Below are positions 38,012 through 41,608 of a stretch of 41,608 nt of DNA, one piece after another. Location: sequence record SRR2962707_2492. One strand, given 5' to 3'. Position 1 is the stretch's first letter, and the number at the start of each line of letters is the position of its first letter. The notes beneath the pieces are model-generated. The model was given only the letters and a program-made list of their open reading frames with translations, was not told the DNA's origin and did not search any database. A program made the translations under genes and the position numbers.

Positions 38012-39466
38012 ATGGCAACACTCGACAAAGCGGCCGACCTCCGGTCGGCGCAGGATGCTGGCCGCCCGGCAAAACTATACCGGGCTGCATGGCGTTGGCA
38101 TTTCTATGCCGGTCTTTATGTCATTCCGTTCTTCATGATGTCGGCGATCACGGGCATGTCCATGCTCTGGATCGCCTGGATTGACGGACGCGACGGGGAA
38201 CGGACCATGGTGCAAGTCCTGAATGCGCCCACGTCCATATCGGCGCAGGCGGATGCGGCCCAGGCCGTTTGGCCCGGCGGTACGCTGGCGCAGTATATTG
38301 CGCCGCGCGCCAGTGATCTGGCTGCCATCTTTCGCGTCAATACCGAAGACGGCGCAATGATGGCGGTGGTCGATCCCTACACCGCCCAAGTGATCGAAAC
38401 CTTCTCGCGCCGCAGCGGCTGGTACGACACCATGGACAATATACACGGCGAACTGATGATCGGCATGATCGGCGACCGGATGATCGAAATTGCCGCTTCG
38501 CTGGGAATTATCTTGATCGCCACCGGCCTTTACCTTTGGTGGCCACGCGACGGTGCCGGTCTGGGCGCGCTTGTACCACGGCTGACCGCACGTGGGCGCG
38601 GGCTCTGGAAATCTCTGCACGCCAGTGTCGGGATATGGATCTCGGTCTTTTTGCTGTTCTTCCTGTTGTCGGGCCTGGCTTGGAGCGGGGTCTGGGGCGG
38701 CAAGATGGTGCAAGGGTGGTCCAGTTTTCCGGCTGGCAAATACGGCGGCATTCCCCTGTCAGACCTGACCCATCAGGATCTGAATGGCGGGCGATCCGAA
38801 GTGCCTTGGGCGCTGGAAAAAACGCCGCTGCCGGCGTCGCAACTGGATGAACATGCCAACCACCGCGCCGCAGAATCTGGACCACCCGTTGCTATTACGG
38901 GCACGTCGGCCGGGCCAAACCCGGACATCGACCGTATCGACACCTTTGCCCGGAGCATCGGATTTCAGGGTCGTTATCAGCTCAACCCACCCCTTGATGA
39001 AACGGGTGTCTGGTCCATCAGCCGGGATTCGATGAGTACGGACACCATCAACCCGACAAGCGACCGCATTGTGCATGTGGACCGCTATTCCGGCAATCTT
39101 CTCGCTGATGTCCGCTACGGCGACTACAGCCTGCTGGGCAAGGCGATGGCCGTTAGTATCGCGCTGCATATGGGAACACTGGGGTTGTGGAGCGTTCTTG
39201 CAAACACTCTGTTTTGCCTCTCGGTGATCTTTCTCTGCGTGTCAGGTTTGGTCATGTGGTGGAAGCGTCGCCCTGCCGGATCACTGCGCATTGCGGCACC
39301 GCCGGCACCACGCCAGATGCCGCATTGGAAGGGCGCGTTTGCCGTCGCACTTGCCCTATCCCTGGCCTTTCCGATGGCCGGTATCACAATCGCCACGGTG
39401 CTGCTTCTTGATGCGCTAGTGCTGTCCCGCTTTGGTGTAGAATCGTCTGAGACTTTGGCCAGCTGA
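38012..39466 (+). CDS. PepSY-associated TM helix domain protein
   Basis: LYRAAWRWHFYAGL, IHGEL, TGLYLWWPR, LHASVG, LHMG and SGLVMWWKRRP. Confidence 0.92.
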   Translation: MATLDKAADLRSAQDAGRPAKLYRAAWRWHFYAGLYVIPFFMMSAITGMSMLWIAWIDGRDGERTMVQVLNAPTSISAQADAAQAVWPGGTLAQYIAPRASDLAAIFRVNTEDGAMMAVVDPYTAQVIETFSRRSGWYDTMDNIHGELMIGMIGDRMIEIAASLGIILIATGLYLWWPRDGAGLGALVPRLTARGRGLWKSLHASVGIWISVFLLFFLLSGLAWSGVWGGKMVQGWSSFPAGKYGGIPLSDLTHQDLNGGRSEVPWALEKTPLPASQLDEHANHRAAESGPPVAITGTSAGPNPDIDRIDTFARSIGFQGRYQLNPPLDETGVWSISRDSMSTDTINPTSDRIVHVDRYSGNLLADVRYGDYSLLGKAMAVSIALHMGTLGLWSVLANTLFCLSVIFLCVSGLVMWWKRRPAGSLRIAAPPAPRQMPHWKGAFAVALALSLAFPMAGITIATVLLLDALVLSRFGVESSETLAS

Positions 39467-39602
39467 CCCTGGGCCGGGGCGCCGTTCAACCGGTGCACCG
39501 GCTTATCTTTTTGTCGGCATGCGCAAATTTTCCACAGCGGATTATCTGTGGCGGAAAGACGTGGTCCCCGCCGACGCGAAAAATACGCGCGATTTTAGGT
39601 CA

Positions 39603-39911
39603 CTACATCCGCATCGACAGATTAGCGACTATCCACAAAGTCCCACCACACATGATGGACAGGATCAGGAAGGTGAACAGGATGAGGTGCAGATCCTCGC
39701 GCTTTTGTCGGGACAGGTCGATGTGCAGAAAATATCGGAAGTGGACCACGACCTGGATCAGGGCACACAGGGCCACGACGGCAAGCGTCGGTCCGGCTGA
39801 CAGACTACCCCAAGCGACCAGACCGAAAGGCACGCAGGTCAGGGTCAGGGCAAGCGCGAACCCCGCAAGATACCAGCGCAGTTCGACGCCATAGTCCAAA
39901 TGTTCGCTCAT
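39603..39911 (-). CDS. cyoD: Quinol oxidase subunit IV
   Basis: YLAGFALALTLTCVPF, QVVVHFRYFLH and GTLWI. ATGA overlap with cyoC. Confidence 0.92.
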   Translation of the reverse strand: MSEHLDYGVELRWYLAGFALALTLTCVPFGLVAWGSLSAGPTLAVVALCALIQVVVHFRYFLHIDLSRQKREDLHLILFTFLILSIMCGGTLWIVANLSMRM

Positions 39912-40540
39912 CCTGCCAGCCCCCCCAGATAGACGACCGAAAATATGCCGATCCAGATGATGTCTAGAAAATGCCAAAACAGGCCAAGCCGCAGCAGACG
40001 GGTCTTGACCATGTCGGACTGACCAAAAACCTGCAGCTGCACCAGCATCACCATCAACCAGATGCTACCCGCCGCCACATGCAACCCGTGTAACGGAACA
40101 AGGCCAAAGAAGGCCGACAGAAACCCAGACCGCGCAGGGCCCGCCCCGTCGGCGATCATTCCAGAAAAATCACGCATCTCAAGCGTCAGAAAGCCCAGTC
40201 CGAGGATCAGCGTAAGCCCGAGCCAAAGGGTGATGTCACGCGTTCCACGCTGATGCCGCAGTGCCAGTGACGCTATGCCAAACGTCAGGCTGCTGGTAAG
40301 CAATAGCATGGTCTGGGCAAAGGCGCTGGTCAGGTCGAACAGATCCTGTGGCCCCGGGCCGCCTGCCCGCGCCATCGGGCCCAGCATTGTCACATAAGTC
40401 GCGAACATCAGGCCAAAGATGATCATGTCGCTCATCAGGAAGATCCAGAAGCCAAAGGCTGTTGTTTCGGCCTTTTCATGGGCGTCGCCGTGGTGATGAC
40501 CAAGGTTAATGCCGGGATGGCTGCGGGGGCCATGTCTCAT
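39908..40540 (-). CDS. cyoC: Quinol oxidase subunit III
   Basis: FGFWIFLMSD, LLLTSSLT, FLSAFFGLV.LHGLHV and FWHFLDIIWI. Confidence 0.95.
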   Translation of the reverse strand: MRHGPRSHPGINLGHHHGDAHEKAETTAFGFWIFLMSDMIIFGLMFATYVTMLGPMARAGGPGPQDLFDLTSAFAQTMLLLTSSLTFGIASLALRHQRGTRDITLWLGLTLILGLGFLTLEMRDFSGMIADGAGPARSGFLSAFFGLVPLHGLHVAAGSIWLMVMLVQLQVFGQSDMVKTRLLRLGLFWHFLDIIWIGIFSVVYLGGLAG

Positions 40541-41608
40541 GCCGACGCCTCGCTGAATTCAGGGCCTGCAAGACCCACATTGCATCTGTCCGTTTCCAGG
40601 TCGCGTCGTGTGGGTCTGGCCGCAGCGATGGTCGCAAGCCATTGCTTGTGCGCATGTTCCACTTCGGCAGATAGAACCGTTCTGTGGGTCTGTCTGCGGA
40701 AGGACAGTGCTATGACGGCCGCGACAATGACAAACATCGACAGCGCCGCGAGCCACCAGATGTACCATACCAGGCCAAGGCCCATCGCCGTGCCGCAAAT
40801 CAGGACAATCACTCCGATAGAGGTGTTGGCCGGAACTTCGATATCTTCATAAATTTCGGACGGCTGATAGGCGACGCCATTCTCCTTTGCCTCGGCAAAG
40901 GCGTCCCGGGTGCTGACAGTCGGGAGGACGAAGAAATTGTATTCCGGCGGTGGCGCTGGAATGGACCATTCCAGCGTGCGGCCGTTCCATGGGTCCCCCA
41001 CCGGGACCTGTGTCAGGGCGCGATCCCGGACGCTGACACAAAGCTGGATCAACAGGGTCGCAAGCGCCCCCAAGATTAGAACCGCCCCCGCCATCGCAAC
41101 CAGTGTCAACGGTTCAAATGCAGGGTCGGCGTAGCTGGCAGACCGCCGCGGCATCCCCATCAAGCCCAGCACGTAGAGCGGGAAGAACGTGAAGGCAAAG
41201 CCAAGGATCCACAGACTGGCCGAGATATAACCCCAGCCTTCTTTCAGCCGAAAACCGAACGCCTTTGGAAACCAGTAGTGGTATCCGGCAAGCAAACCAA
41301 ACAGCACCCCCGGGATGATCACGTTATGGAAATGTGCGACCAGAAACAGCGTATTGTGCACCTGATAGGAAATTGTCGGATTGGCCAGCATGACGCCCGT
41401 CAACCCACCGATCACAAATAGTATAAGGAACCCGGTCGCATACAGCATTGGCACCGTGAACCGGATTCGTCCACGGAACATCGTTGCCATCCAATCATAG
41501 ACCTTAACCCCAGTTGGCACGGCAATGAACATCGACGCGACACCAAAGGCCGCGTTCACATTGGCGCTTTGCCCCATGGTGAAAAAATGGTGCAACCAGA
41601 CGGTAAAG
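40537..41608 (-). CDS. cyoB: Heme-copper quinol oxidase subunit I, 5' end outside the window
   Basis: VWLHHFFTMG (CuB His pair), IAVPTGVK, GGLTGV, FLVAHFHN (heme ligands), GMPRR and DPWNGRTLEW. Confidence 0.96.
   Translation of the reverse strand, partial: FTVWLHHFFTMGQSANVNAAFGVASMFIAVPTGVKVYDWMATMFRGRIRFTVPMLYATGFLILFVIGGLTGVMLANPTISYQVHNTLFLVAHFHNVIIPGVLFGLLAGYHYWFPKAFGFRLKEGWGYISASLWILGFAFTFFPLYVLGLMGMPRRSASYADPAFEPLTLVAMAGAVLILGALATLLIQLCVSVRDRALTQVPVGDPWNGRTLEWSIPAPPPEYNFFVLPTVSTRDAFAEAKENGVAYQPSEIYEDIEVPANTSIGVIVLICGTAMGLGLVWYIWWLAALSMFVIVAAVIALSFRRQTHRTVLSAEVEHAHKQWLATIAAARPTRRDLETDRCNVGLAGPEFSEASA

Overview
A GC-rich chromosomal window that looks like Rhodobacteraceae/Roseobacter-group DNA (inferred from gene content and protein similarity). 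All homology calls are by motif recognition from memory, not database search. Left to right: RNase P RNA (rnpB, minus strand) with an enlarged, repeat-containing P12; four minus-strand genes (tandem SnoaL/ester cyclase, M15-like, VOC, alpha/beta hydrolase); thrS; a complete bufferin-type RiPP cluster (DUF2282 precursor, DUF692 MNIO, DUF2063, DoxX); ArsC-family and cold-shock genes; metR/metF; a GNAT; an intact beta-hydroxyaspartate aldolase (bhcC) flanked by eroded remnants of bhcB and bhcD; gap; a THUMP RNA methyltransferase; an orphan periplasmic binding protein paired with a large chemoreceptor; a psd-pssA-pmtA phospholipid operon; gluconokinase; a GntR-associated catabolic island (class III transaminase, HDAC-family deacylase, class II aldolase-like protein, Dpp-type ABC importer, 2-hydroxyacid dehydrogenase) of unknown substrate; TerC/DUF475 with a second 2-hydroxyacid dehydrogenase; a DUF2946/CruR-like leader with RAPG and RAPP motifs ahead of PCuAC and PepSY_TM genes; and the 3' part of a cyo/qox quinol oxidase operon. 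No tRNA, rRNA, CRISPR array or transposase was seen. Best leads: (1) the decayed bhc operon whose surviving BhcC has Asp at signature position 160, (2) the His-rich arrest-peptide-like copper leader, (3) the unassigned N-acyl-amine catabolic island, whose regulator has a shifted start, and (4) the binding protein plus repeat-domain chemoreceptor pair.
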